Below, in pieces: positions 1 to 9,138 of a stretch of DNA of 40,017 nt. The stretch spans positions 1-40,017 of the forward strand of contig JABDQZ010000065.1 of assembly GCA_013041975.1 (NCBI GenBank), in the 5' to 3' direction. A model generated the notes under the pieces. That model was not told the origin of the DNA. It did no database searches and saw nothing but the letters and a program-made list of their open reading frames with translations. Each line of letters opens with the position of its first letter. Within the stretch, counting starts at the first letter, position 1. This DNA comes from Gammaproteobacteria bacterium (GTDB taxonomy: Bacteria > Pseudomonadota > Gammaproteobacteria > Chromatiales > Chromatiaceae). The position numbers and the translations under genes are program-made.

Positions 1-2
1 AT

Positions 3-272
3 GGAGAAGTAGCGCGCGCCGCCGGTTTTCCACGTCATGCAAGAATGGTCAGTAGAGCCATGAGCAGATGCTGCACCCCTCTTCCCTGGTACCGGGTAAT
101 CAGGTCTGATGGAACACTGGCTTTCGAAATGGGCAGCCCTTCATATAAAAAACAGAAAGGTTTACTTGAAAAAGAGGGCGTAGAAATCAGAAACAGGAAG
201 GCGATCCCACTTGCGCCGGAAAAAGCCGAGGATCTGGATAAGCTGCTCTGGGGGCCGTCCGATAATTATTGA
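3..272 (+). CDS. Alkyltransferase-like (ATL) / MGMT-family DNA-binding protein, C-terminal part (5' end outside window)
   Basis: Frame 3 is open from the window edge; GEVARAAGFPRHAR precedes the first Met at 45. The pattern G.VA..AG.P..AR.V..A...PLPWYRVIRSDGTL matches the Ogt/Ada helix-turn-helix plus the PCHRV active-site loop. The acceptor Cys is replaced by Trp (PWYRV), as in ATL proteins such as E. coli YbaZ. Confidence 0.6.
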   Translation, partial: GEVARAAGFPRHARMVSRAMSRCCTPLPWYRVIRSDGTLAFEMGSPSYKKQKGLLEKEGVEIRNRKAIPLAPEKAEDLDKLLWGPSDNY

Positions 273-565
273 TTATTAATACGCTTTTCCTGTCCTGCCC
301 ATTCGCAACAGGGGCCACGATCAAAGAACTCCCTCACAACCAGGGGACTACCCTTGAAATCCATTCCATCATAGCGACTGATCAGGTTATCAATATCGCC
401 TTTTTCAGATAGTTCGGCTACCACATAGTGATAACACTCACTATTGCTTTTTCTGCCTTCACGCGCCTGAAAGTCCGCACGTAATTCAAGCCCGCCCAGA
501 AAATCATGGATATCAACCAGCAGGGCATTACTCGGGATATTTCCAATAAATAGTTTCAAAAGCAC
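266..565 (-). CDS. Small RRM-like (RNA recognition motif) protein
   Basis: The 99-codon ORF starts at GTG 565. A TTG at 559 lies 6 nt after GAGGAG and would give MKLFIGNIP. KLFIGNI is an RNP2-like motif at the extreme N-terminus. CYHYVVAEL sits at the RNP1 position but is degenerate. YDGMDFKGSPLVVRE resembles the last strand region of an RRM. A TATAAT on the minus strand lies at 587-592. Confidence 0.5.
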   Translation of the reverse strand: MLLKLFIGNIPSNALLVDIHDFLGGLELRADFQAREGRKSNSECYHYVVAELSEKGDIDNLISRYDGMDFKGSPLVVREFFDRGPCCEWAGQEKRINNQ

Positions 566-613
566 CTCCTCACTACCATATTTTGTATTATAACGGCAGC
601 GTGGAGAGAAATT

Positions 614-2269
614 TTATGCTTTAGGATTTAAAGTACGTAATTTCAGATAGTAGTTGATCAGTCCGTTGGTTGAACTGTCATGTGAACTCACCTGCGCTCC
701 CTCGTTCAACTCATCCAGAATGTCGGTCGCCATCTTTTTGCCCAGTTCCACACCCCATTGGTCAAATGAATTAAGGTTCCAGATAATGCCCTGTACAAAT
801 ATCTTGTGTTCATATAGGGCAATTAATGAACCCAGGGTTTTGGGGTCCAGCGTGTAAAACAGGAAAGTGTTGGTCGGTTTGTTGCCTGGAAACAGTTTAT
901 AGGGCAGCAAAAACTCGATTTCCTTGTCATCCTTGCCTTCAGCTTTCAGCTCGGCAATAACCTCGTCTTGGTTTTTTCCTTTCATCAAGGCTTCTGTCTG
1001 GGCAAAAACGTTCGACATCAATGCACGATGATGGTTGGCAATACAGGCAAAGTTTGAGATCGGAGCCAGCATATCGGCAGGAACCAGTTTGGTTCCCTGG
1101 TGCAATAACTGGTAAAAAGCATGTTGACTGGCAATGCCGATTTCCCCAAACAGAATCGGACCCGTCGAATAATTCACATGCTTTCCGTCACGATCGACAG
1201 CTTTACCATTGCTTTCCATATCGGCCTGCTGCAGATAAGCCGGGAAGCGATGCATATTCTGGTCATAAGGCAGAATGGCAATCGATTCGGCGTTAAAAAA
1301 GTTGTTATACCAGATACCCAGCAGCGCCATGATGACAGGAATATTTTCATCCAGCGGCGCATTCCTGAAATGCTGGTCAGCCTCGAAAGCGCCCTGCAAC
1401 AACAGTTCAAAATTTTCCGGTCCAATGGAGATGACGATCGGCAAACCAATAGCTGACCACATTGAATAGCGACCACCGACCCAATCCCACATCTTGAAGA
1501 TATTGTCTTCGTTGATACCAAACTCAACAGCTGCCCTGGCGTTTGAAGTCACTGCAATCATGTGCAGTTCCAGCAGCTTGGAATCACCGATTTTATGCAA
1601 CAACCAGGAGCGCGCCGTTTCGGCATTCATCATGGTATCCTGGGTTGTAAAACTTTTGGAAGCTACAATGAACAATGTGGTATCCGGATTCAGCGTTTCC
1701 AGCGTGTTGTTGATGTGATTTTCATCAATATTATTGACGTAATGGATTTTCAGGTCATGAATCGCGTAGGGGTGCAGCGCCTCAGTCGCCATCATTGGAC
1801 CCAGATGGGAACCACCAATACCAAGGTTGACCACATCGGTAATCGGCTGGTTGGTCGCACCACGCCAGGTGCGGTTGCGTATATCGTTAGCCAGCCGGGT
1901 GATTCGCTCCAATTCATGGCGAATTTCCGGCATGACATTCTCACCATCGGCGAACATCTGTTTGCCACTGCGGTTGCGCAGGGCGGAATGCAATACAGCA
2001 CGATGCTCGGTATGGTTGATGGCTTCGCCGTCAAACATGCGGTCGCGCCAGCTTTGCACATCACATTCGCGGGCCAGGTCCAGTAACAGGTCCATGGTTT
2101 TTGGGCTGATACGGTTCTTGCTGTAATCAAAAAGGATGTCGTTAAGCGTTAACGAAAAATGCCCGAAACGGTTAGTGTCCTGCTCGAACATATCACGCAT
2201 ATGCTCATCTTTGATTTCTTCAAAATGTGACTGTAATGCCTGCCAGGCTGGCTTTTTTTCTGATGACAT
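614..2269 (-). CDS. pgi: Glucose-6-phosphate isomerase
   Basis: The 551-aa ORF is full-length PGI-like throughout (e.g. DYSKN, GIGGSHLGP, FIVASKSFTTQDT, GGRYSMWSAIG, ESNGK, DQWGVELGK). Confidence 0.95.
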   Translation of the reverse strand: MSSEKKPAWQALQSHFEEIKDEHMRDMFEQDTNRFGHFSLTLNDILFDYSKNRISPKTMDLLLDLARECDVQSWRDRMFDGEAINHTEHRAVLHSALRNRSGKQMFADGENVMPEIRHELERITRLANDIRNRTWRGATNQPITDVVNLGIGGSHLGPMMATEALHPYAIHDLKIHYVNNIDENHINNTLETLNPDTTLFIVASKSFTTQDTMMNAETARSWLLHKIGDSKLLELHMIAVTSNARAAVEFGINEDNIFKMWDWVGGRYSMWSAIGLPIVISIGPENFELLLQGAFEADQHFRNAPLDENIPVIMALLGIWYNNFFNAESIAILPYDQNMHRFPAYLQQADMESNGKAVDRDGKHVNYSTGPILFGEIGIASQHAFYQLLHQGTKLVPADMLAPISNFACIANHHRALMSNVFAQTEALMKGKNQDEVIAELKAEGKDDKEIEFLLPYKLFPGNKPTNTFLFYTLDPKTLGSLIALYEHKIFVQGIIWNLNSFDQWGVELGKKMATDILDELNEGAQVSSHDSSTNGLINYYLKLRTLNPKA

Positions 2270-2591
2270 GTTCTTTTGATTACCTGTTATTAATAATTTC
2301 TACCGGATTATTATTATATTGCTAGCAAACAGCGTTCCACCTTTTTTACTGGGCTATTACAAGAAAAACCACTGATAATTGCACTGTTCTGGAGCAGCTT
2401 TAAATGACAAATGCCTCCATAACGAGCACAATCAGCAATATCTGATTTATCATATTCGGTCTTGCACCAGATTTTACCTGAATAAGCATAATCGCGTCTT
2501 TCAGGCAAAGAAATTGCTTTAAGTCAATGAACTGCAATCTACCTCGTGTAAGTTTGAGTTTTATTACTATTGAAATACATTCGGAAGTATC

Positions 2592-3890
2592 ATGTCAGCA
2601 TCAAAAGCACAGCACAAACTCTATAAATATTATGTTGAACCTCAAGCTGCCAATGCCCTGACACAGCGAACACTTGCCCTGGTGCTTGCAGGCGGCGAAG
2701 GCTCCAGGCTTAAAAATCTGACCAAGTGGCGTGCCAAGCCAGCTGTTCCTTTCGGTGGTAAATACCGCATTATTGACTTTGCATTGTCCAACTGTATCAA
2801 TTCCGGACTGCGCCGTATCGGCGTACTGACCCAGTACAAGTCCCATTCACTGATCCGCCACCTGCAACGTGCCTGGGGTTTTCTTCGTGCCGAAATTGGT
2901 GAATTTGTCGAAATCATTCCGGCCCAGCAGCGTTTGAAACGTAGCTGGTACCAGGGCACAGCTGATGCCATCTACCAGAACCTGGATATCATTTATCGCC
3001 ATGAACCGGAGTATGTGATTATTCTGGGTGGTGACCATATCTACACCATGGATTATTCGCAGATGTTACAGCAGCATGTCAGTAACGATGCAGACCTGAC
3101 TGTTGGCTGCATCGAAGTACCCCTGGAAGAAGCTACCGGCTTCGGCGTGATGTCTGTCGACAGCAATTTCAAGATCGTAGAATTTACCGAAAAACCGCAG
3201 AATCCGGCCCCCATGCCCGGACGTGAAGATGTTGCGCTGGCATCCATGGGCATCTACATCTTTTCCATGTCCTTCCTGACCAAGGTCCTGATTGAGGACG
3301 CCGAAGACGAAGCCTCCGATCACGACTTTGGCAAAAACATTATCCCCAAGGCTATCGAAACGGCCAAAGCTTTTGCCTACCCCTATCTGAATGGCAAGGG
3401 AGAACCTGCCTACTGGCGTGATGTGGGTACACTCTATTCCTACTGGAAAGCCAATATCGAATTATGTGATATCGAACCGGAACTTAACCTTTATAACCGT
3501 GACTGGCCTATCTGGACATACCAGACACAAAGTCCGCCAGCCAAGTTTGCCTTTGATGATAATGACCGCAGGGGACAGGCAATTGATTCACTGGTGGCGG
3601 GCGGCTGTATTATTTCCGGCGCCAAGGTAAAACGTTCAGTGATCTTTTTTAATACGCACATAGAGACAGGATCCTATATCAAGAACAGCGTCATCCTGCC
3701 CAAAATACATATCGGTAAAAACTGCACCATCAAGAATTGTGTTATTGACAAGGGAACTGTCATTCCAGACAATTTTGAAGTTGGGGTTGATATTGAAAAA
3801 GACCGTGAACGCTTCCTGGTGACGGATGAAGGTGTTGTTCTGGTTACACCTGGACAGATGAACCAGCGTCTGCACTTTGAAAGAGATTAA
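2592..3890 (+). CDS. glgC: Glucose-1-phosphate adenylyltransferase
   Basis: The 432-aa ORF carries LAGGEGSRLKNLT..RAKPAVPFGGKYRIIDFALSNCINSG and a C-terminal left-handed beta-helix region. ATG is preceded by GGAAG. The stop overlaps the next start (TAATG). Confidence 0.95.
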   Translation: MSASKAQHKLYKYYVEPQAANALTQRTLALVLAGGEGSRLKNLTKWRAKPAVPFGGKYRIIDFALSNCINSGLRRIGVLTQYKSHSLIRHLQRAWGFLRAEIGEFVEIIPAQQRLKRSWYQGTADAIYQNLDIIYRHEPEYVIILGGDHIYTMDYSQMLQQHVSNDADLTVGCIEVPLEEATGFGVMSVDSNFKIVEFTEKPQNPAPMPGREDVALASMGIYIFSMSFLTKVLIEDAEDEASDHDFGKNIIPKAIETAKAFAYPYLNGKGEPAYWRDVGTLYSYWKANIELCDIEPELNLYNRDWPIWTYQTQSPPAKFAFDDNDRRGQAIDSLVAGGCIISGAKVKRSVIFFNTHIETGSYIKNSVILPKIHIGKNCTIKNCVIDKGTVIPDNFEVGVDIEKDRERFLVTDEGVVLVTPGQMNQRLHFERD

Positions 3891-5611
3891 TGCACGTTAT
3901 GTCAGAAAAGCTAAAACTCGTCATATGCTGGCACATGCACCAGCCCTGGTACCGTGAATCGATAGACGGGGCGTTTCACCTGCCCTGGGTTTATCTGCAT
4001 GCGCTTAAAGATTACACCGACATGGCCAGCCACCTTGAGTCGCATCCCGGAATGAAATGCGTGGTAAATTTCACGCCGGTATTACTTGAACAGATTGACG
4101 AATACGCTCTGCAATGCAGGCAATGGCTGGAAAACGACATAGCCTTTACTGACCCTTTGCTGGCTTACCTGGCTGGCAGCACCTCCATACCCACTGAAGT
4201 GTCGCAAAGATGCGAAATTATTCGCGCCTGCCTGCGAGCGAATCCCTCGCAGATGATTGACCCTTATCCTCAGTTCCGAAAATTACTGGATATGGTCACA
4301 GCTGTTGACGACAGAACCCATATTAATAAAACGCTGGTTGGCTACCTCAACGAGCAATTCTTTCACGACCTTCTGGTCTGGTACCATATTGCCTGGCTGG
4401 GTTACTCGGTAAAACAGCAATCGTTTGTTCAGGGGTTGATCAACAAGGAATCATTTTATAGTGAAGACGACCGCAGGCAATTCATTGGTCTGTTTGAAGA
4501 CATTTTTTCGAGCCTGATTGAACGCTATCGCAAACTGGCTGAACGCGATCAGGTGGAACTGGCAATGACCCCTTACGCTCACCCGATCATGCCATTGCTG
4601 ATTGACTTTAACAGCATGAAGGACGCCCTACCCGACGCCCCCATGCCTGAATATGACAGCTACCCTGATGGCGAAAATCGTGCCCGCTGGCATATGCAGC
4701 ATGGCATTGAAGTTTTTGAAAAATATTTTGGGCGACGTCCACAGGGCATCTGGCTGTCGGAGGGTTCCATCAGTCACGACGCCATCAAGCTACTGGATGA
4801 ATTTGATATCAAGTGGACAGCATCAGGCGAAGGGGTCTGGCATAACTCCGCAAGAAAATCCGGCTTTGATCTGGAAAACCCAGAAACACGCAAAAACTTG
4901 TTTGGCTGTAATACGATCGTTGATGCAGGCGCCAGCGTATTTTTCCGTGATGACGGTCTTTCCGATCTGATCGGTTTTGAATACCAGTCCTGGAACAGTA
5001 ATGATGCCGTCGGCGATTTCATTAGCCATATCGGTAATATTTCCGAATTCCTGGCTGATGAATCTGATGACTCTGTCGTCAGCGTTATCCTCGATGGTGA
5101 AAATGCCTGGGAGTACTATCCGGATAATGGCTATCATTTTCTGGATGCGCTCTACAAGGAACTTTCCGGACATGAATCCATACAGGTGCAGACCTTCGCC
5201 GAAGCGGCTGACAGTTGCCCGGTTGCTGCCTTGCCCGAAGTAGCAGCAGGAAGCTGGGTGTATGGATCATTCTCAACCTGGATCGGCGAAAAAGACAAAA
5301 ACCGTGGCTGGGACATGCTGGTCGAAGCCAAGCGGGTCTACGACAAACATATCGCTTCGCTTTCTGATGATGACCGCCAACTGGCCACACTGCAACTGGC
5401 CGTTTGTGAAGGTTCTGACTGGTTCTGGTGGTTTGGTGACTACAACCCGTCTGACAGCGTGAAAGATTTTGACCAGCTTTATCGCCGTCAATTGCAACGC
5501 CTGTACCATCTGTTAAATCAGAAAATACCCGAGTCGTTGCTGACACCCATTTCCGAAGGTGGCGGTGATGCCGAAAGTGCAGGCACCATGAGACGCGGTC
5601 ATGAAACATAA
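3890..5611 (+). CDS. Glycoside hydrolase family 57 protein (alpha-glucan-active; exact activity unknown)
   Basis: The 573-aa ORF has GH57 signature regions visible: CWHMHQPWY near the N-terminus, GIWLSEGS (candidate nucleophile Glu), ILDGENAWEYY (candidate acid/base Asp) and EGSDWFWWFG. It is translationally coupled on both sides. Confidence 0.85.
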   Translation: MHVMSEKLKLVICWHMHQPWYRESIDGAFHLPWVYLHALKDYTDMASHLESHPGMKCVVNFTPVLLEQIDEYALQCRQWLENDIAFTDPLLAYLAGSTSIPTEVSQRCEIIRACLRANPSQMIDPYPQFRKLLDMVTAVDDRTHINKTLVGYLNEQFFHDLLVWYHIAWLGYSVKQQSFVQGLINKESFYSEDDRRQFIGLFEDIFSSLIERYRKLAERDQVELAMTPYAHPIMPLLIDFNSMKDALPDAPMPEYDSYPDGENRARWHMQHGIEVFEKYFGRRPQGIWLSEGSISHDAIKLLDEFDIKWTASGEGVWHNSARKSGFDLENPETRKNLFGCNTIVDAGASVFFRDDGLSDLIGFEYQSWNSNDAVGDFISHIGNISEFLADESDDSVVSVILDGENAWEYYPDNGYHFLDALYKELSGHESIQVQTFAEAADSCPVAALPEVAAGSWVYGSFSTWIGEKDKNRGWDMLVEAKRVYDKHIASLSDDDRQLATLQLAVCEGSDWFWWFGDYNPSDSVKDFDQLYRRQLQRLYHLLNQKIPESLLTPISEGGGDAESAGTMRRGHET

Positions 5612-6968
5612 TCCACTGCATCAGCGACGCGCTGGTGTATTGCTGCATCCTACCTCATTGCCTTCAGGAACCTTGAACACGGATGCTGAAAAATGGCTGG
5701 ACTGGATGCATGATTGTCATCTGTCAATTTGGCAGGTGTTACCTCTGTCTATTCCTGATTTTTACGGTTCTCCCTACCAGAGCTGTTCGGCCTTTGCCAT
5801 GAATACCGGTCTGCTCGCAGACATACCTGAAAAGCCGGAAATAAACTCAAAAGAATTTTCTCAATTTATTGAACAACACGCTTACTGGTTATCTGATTTT
5901 GCCCTGTTTAGTGTATTGAAAGAGAAATTCGAAGACGCCCCCTGGTACAAATGGCCTGACGAATTTCGCCTTCACAATGAAGAGACGCTTACCGGTTTTC
6001 ATGCTGTTCATGTCAATGAAATTGAAAACATCATGTGGCAGCAGTTCTCTGTTTTTGAGCGTTGGCATCAGATACGTCAATACGCCCAAGAACGTAACAT
6101 TTACCTGTTTGGCGATATGCCAATTTTCGTCGCTCACGACAGTGCTGATGTGTGGGCCAACAGTGGTGAATTCCTGCTGGATGAAAACCATAACCCGACT
6201 TATGTTGCAGGTGTTCCACCTGACTATTTTTCAGAAACAGGCCAACGCTGGGGCAACCCGCATTACAACTGGGCAAACATGCTGAGCAATGGATTTCATT
6301 GGTGGTGCAACCGCATGAAGCATGCTTTTGACTGTTTTGACATTATCCGCATCGATCATTTTCGTGGACTGGAAGCCTGCTGGATGATTAAGCCAGACGA
6401 AGAAACAGCGATTAATGGTTTCTGGCAACAATCTCCGGGCGATGAATTACTCAGCACCCTGTTTAATGAGTTCAAAGACCCTCCTATAGTGGCTGAAGAC
6501 CTGGGAGTGATCACACCGGAAGTCAAGGCCTTGCGTGATGAGTATCACCTGCCTGGCATGTCTATTCTGCAATTTGCCTTTGATGCCTTTGATGATAACC
6601 CGCACAAGCCTGCCAATATCACTGAAAGTACCGTGGTTTACACCGGGACGCATGACAATGACACGACTGCTGGCTGGTTTGACAGCCTGCAGCCACATGA
6701 ACAGGATTTCGTCTTCGATATCCTGGAAACCGAACCACAAAATGACATAGCTCATTGCCTGGCAGAAACAGCACTATACACTAAGGCTAATACAGCCATT
6801 ATGCCACTGCAGGATATTCTGCAATTATCTTCTGATCACCGTATGAACACGCCCGGACAAAAGGAAAACAACTGGAACTGGCGCTTTGAATGGGAACAGC
6901 TTGACGACTCAAACTGTGAATTTATGAAATACCACATCGACAATTCGGAGCGATACCATGCTGATTAA
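5601..6968 (+). CDS. malQ: 4-alpha-glucanotransferase (amylomaltase, GH77)
   Basis: The 455-aa ORF has RRAGVLLHPTSLPS at the N-terminus, plus GDMPIFVAHDSADVW, QRWGNPHYNW, IRIDHFRG, VAEDLGVITPEV and YTGTHDNDT. It overlaps the upstream gene by 11 nt. Confidence 0.9.
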   Translation: MKHNPLHQRRAGVLLHPTSLPSGTLNTDAEKWLDWMHDCHLSIWQVLPLSIPDFYGSPYQSCSAFAMNTGLLADIPEKPEINSKEFSQFIEQHAYWLSDFALFSVLKEKFEDAPWYKWPDEFRLHNEETLTGFHAVHVNEIENIMWQQFSVFERWHQIRQYAQERNIYLFGDMPIFVAHDSADVWANSGEFLLDENHNPTYVAGVPPDYFSETGQRWGNPHYNWANMLSNGFHWWCNRMKHAFDCFDIIRIDHFRGLEACWMIKPDEETAINGFWQQSPGDELLSTLFNEFKDPPIVAEDLGVITPEVKALRDEYHLPGMSILQFAFDAFDDNPHKPANITESTVVYTGTHDNDTTAGWFDSLQPHEQDFVFDILETEPQNDIAHCLAETALYTKANTAIMPLQDILQLSSDHRMNTPGQKENNWNWRFEWEQLDDSNCEFMKYHIDNSERYHAD

Positions 6969-9138
6969 CCTGCACCCACGCCTGGTTGAAATACAACGTG
7001 GCCATTGCCACGACCCATTTGCCATGCTGGGTTTGCATGAAGAAAATGGCTCAAGATTGATACGCGCCTTTATGCCAATGGCTGAAAATGTGGAAGTGGC
7101 CCAAATCGGGCCCATGAAGCGTATTCAAGGCACCGATCTCTTTGAATACCGGATTAACGAACAATCCGACGCCGCCATACCGCATCACTACACTCTGCGC
7201 TGGCAGGAAAAAAGCAACGGTGAATGGTACGAGGCTGTTTCACCTTACAGCTTCGGTCCACAACTCAGTGAATTTGACCTGAACCTCTTCTCTCAGGGCA
7301 ATCACCATCATATTTATCGTTTTCTTGGCGCCCATTTACAGACCGTTGACGGTATAGATGGCTGTCTGTTTGCTGTATGGGCCCCTGCGGTTAAACGCGT
7401 CAGCGTGGTTGGCGACTTCAATGGCTGGAATGGATTGAGACATCCGATGCGTAATCGTGGCGAATCCGGCGTGTGGGAACTGTTTATCCCCGGGCTTTGT
7501 CCTGATGATCTATACAAGTTTGAGATACTCAACCAGCATAACGACCTCAGACTGAAATCCGATCCATACGCACAAGCCATGACCCTGCGACCAGACACAG
7601 CTTCGAAAATCGTAGCCCCGGCCAAACATCAATGGCAGGATCAGCAATGGCTAAGTCATCGTGAAAGCTGGAACTGGCAACACGAACCCGTCAGTATTTA
7701 TGAACTGCATCCCGGTTCCTGGATGCGCCATGACGATGGCAGTTTCCTGAACTACCGCACACTGGCGAAAAAGCTGGTCGATTATGTCATAAATCTTGGC
7801 TATACCCACATTGAACTGCTACCGGTTATGGAACATCCGCTTGACCAGTCATGGGGTTATCAGGTTACCGGCTATTTTGCTCCAACCGCCCGGTTTGGTT
7901 CCGGTGATGACTTCCGCTACCTGGTTGACCTGTGCCACCAGAACAACATCGGTGTGCTCCTCGACTGGGTTCCCGGGCATTTTCCCAAGGATGACTTTGC
8001 CCTTGCCCGCTTTACCGGTGAAGCAGTGTATGAGCATGCCGACCCACGCCGTGGTGAACACCGTGAATGGGGCACTTACATTTTTGACTATGGCCGCAAT
8101 GAAGTACGCAACTTCCTGCTGTCCAATGCCGTGTACTGGTTCGAAGAATTTCACATTGATGGTATTCGTGTTGATGCTGTCGCATCCATGTTGTATCTGG
8201 ATTATTCACGCGATGCCGGTGACTGGCTGCCGAACCAGTTTGGCGGTAGAGAAAACATTGATGCCATCAGTTTTCTGCGTGAAATGAATGAAGTCCTCCA
8301 TCAGCTATTCCCCGGCGGCCTGACGATTGCCGAAGAATCCACTGCATGGCCGATGGTCTCGCGACCTGTCTATATGGGCGGTCTTGGCTTTAGCATGAAA
8401 TGGAACATGGGCTGGATGAACGATACGCTTTCCTATATGGAAAATGAGCCCGTGCATCGCAGTTACCACCATAACAACCTGACCTTCAGCCAGCTCTACG
8501 CCTATACCGAAAACTTCGTGCTGCCGTTATCTCACGACGAAGTAGTACACATGAAAAACAGTCTGCTGGAAAAAATGCCCGGTGATGACTGGCAAAAATT
8601 CGCCAACTTGCGCCTGCTGTATTTCTGGCAATACATGCATCCCGGTAAAAAACTCATGTTCATGGCCGGCGAGTTTGGCCAGTGGGTTGAATGGAATGAA
8701 TCCGAACCCATTGACTGGGCATTGCTGCAACATGGCACACACCAGGGCATACAGCAGCTGATAGGCGATCTTAACCACAGTTACCGCGATATGCCCGCAC
8801 TGCATCGACATGATTTTGATGAGCAGGGTTTCCGCTGGATTGACTGCAATGACGCGGCCCATTCGGTAATTGCTTTCATGCGCCAGGAAGCTGATCAGCA
8901 TCTGGTCTGTATTCTCAACTTCACACCGGTGGTTCGCGAAAATTATCGAATTGGCCTGCCTGATGCCGGCTGTTATAAAGAAGTCATCAATACTGATGCT
9001 GACATTTACGGCGGCAGCAACTGCGGTAATGCCGGATTGATCGAAACCGAAGATAAACCCTGGTCAGATTTTCCTTTTTCCGCCGAGCTCACATTGCCTC
9101 CCCTTGGTGGCCTGCTGTTAATCTGGAACAGTGATTGA
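6958..9138 (+). CDS. glgB: 1,4-alpha-glucan branching enzyme (GH13)
   Basis: The 726-aa ORF carries FAVWAPAVKRVSVVGDFNGWNG, LDWVPGHFPKD, GIRVDAVASMLYLDY, IAEESTAWP and LPLSHDEVVH. It overlaps malQ by 11 nt. Confidence 0.95.
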   Translation: MLINLHPRLVEIQRGHCHDPFAMLGLHEENGSRLIRAFMPMAENVEVAQIGPMKRIQGTDLFEYRINEQSDAAIPHHYTLRWQEKSNGEWYEAVSPYSFGPQLSEFDLNLFSQGNHHHIYRFLGAHLQTVDGIDGCLFAVWAPAVKRVSVVGDFNGWNGLRHPMRNRGESGVWELFIPGLCPDDLYKFEILNQHNDLRLKSDPYAQAMTLRPDTASKIVAPAKHQWQDQQWLSHRESWNWQHEPVSIYELHPGSWMRHDDGSFLNYRTLAKKLVDYVINLGYTHIELLPVMEHPLDQSWGYQVTGYFAPTARFGSGDDFRYLVDLCHQNNIGVLLDWVPGHFPKDDFALARFTGEAVYEHADPRRGEHREWGTYIFDYGRNEVRNFLLSNAVYWFEEFHIDGIRVDAVASMLYLDYSRDAGDWLPNQFGGRENIDAISFLREMNEVLHQLFPGGLTIAEESTAWPMVSRPVYMGGLGFSMKWNMGWMNDTLSYMENEPVHRSYHHNNLTFSQLYAYTENFVLPLSHDEVVHMKNSLLEKMPGDDWQKFANLRLLYFWQYMHPGKKLMFMAGEFGQWVEWNESEPIDWALLQHGTHQGIQQLIGDLNHSYRDMPALHRHDFDEQGFRWIDCNDAAHSVIAFMRQEADQHLVCILNFTPVVRENYRIGLPDAGCYKEVINTDADIYGGSNCGNAGLIETEDKPWSDFPFSAELTLPPLGGLLLIWNSD

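Noticed and set aside
1562-2086. Long antisense or alternative-frame ORFs inside strongly supported genes. Examples are 1562-2086 in pgi, 5085-5648 in GH57, 7796-8287 in glgB, 15861-16349 and 16936-17499 in metH, and 24580-25158 across surA/pdxA.
   Set aside because: Their translations are Arg/Cys/Ser-rich and low in complexity, with no recognisable motifs. They lack SD sequences and are fully embedded in genes whose own frames show family motifs end to end. They are typical shadow ORFs.
2314-2508. A 64-codon Cys-containing ORF on the minus strand in the 322-nt pgi/glgC divergent spacer.
   Set aside because: It has a TTG start and no Shine-Dalgarno, and I recognise no family. The spacer length is normal for two divergent promoters, so I treat it as non-coding. 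A small sRNA cannot be excluded, but I saw no terminator.
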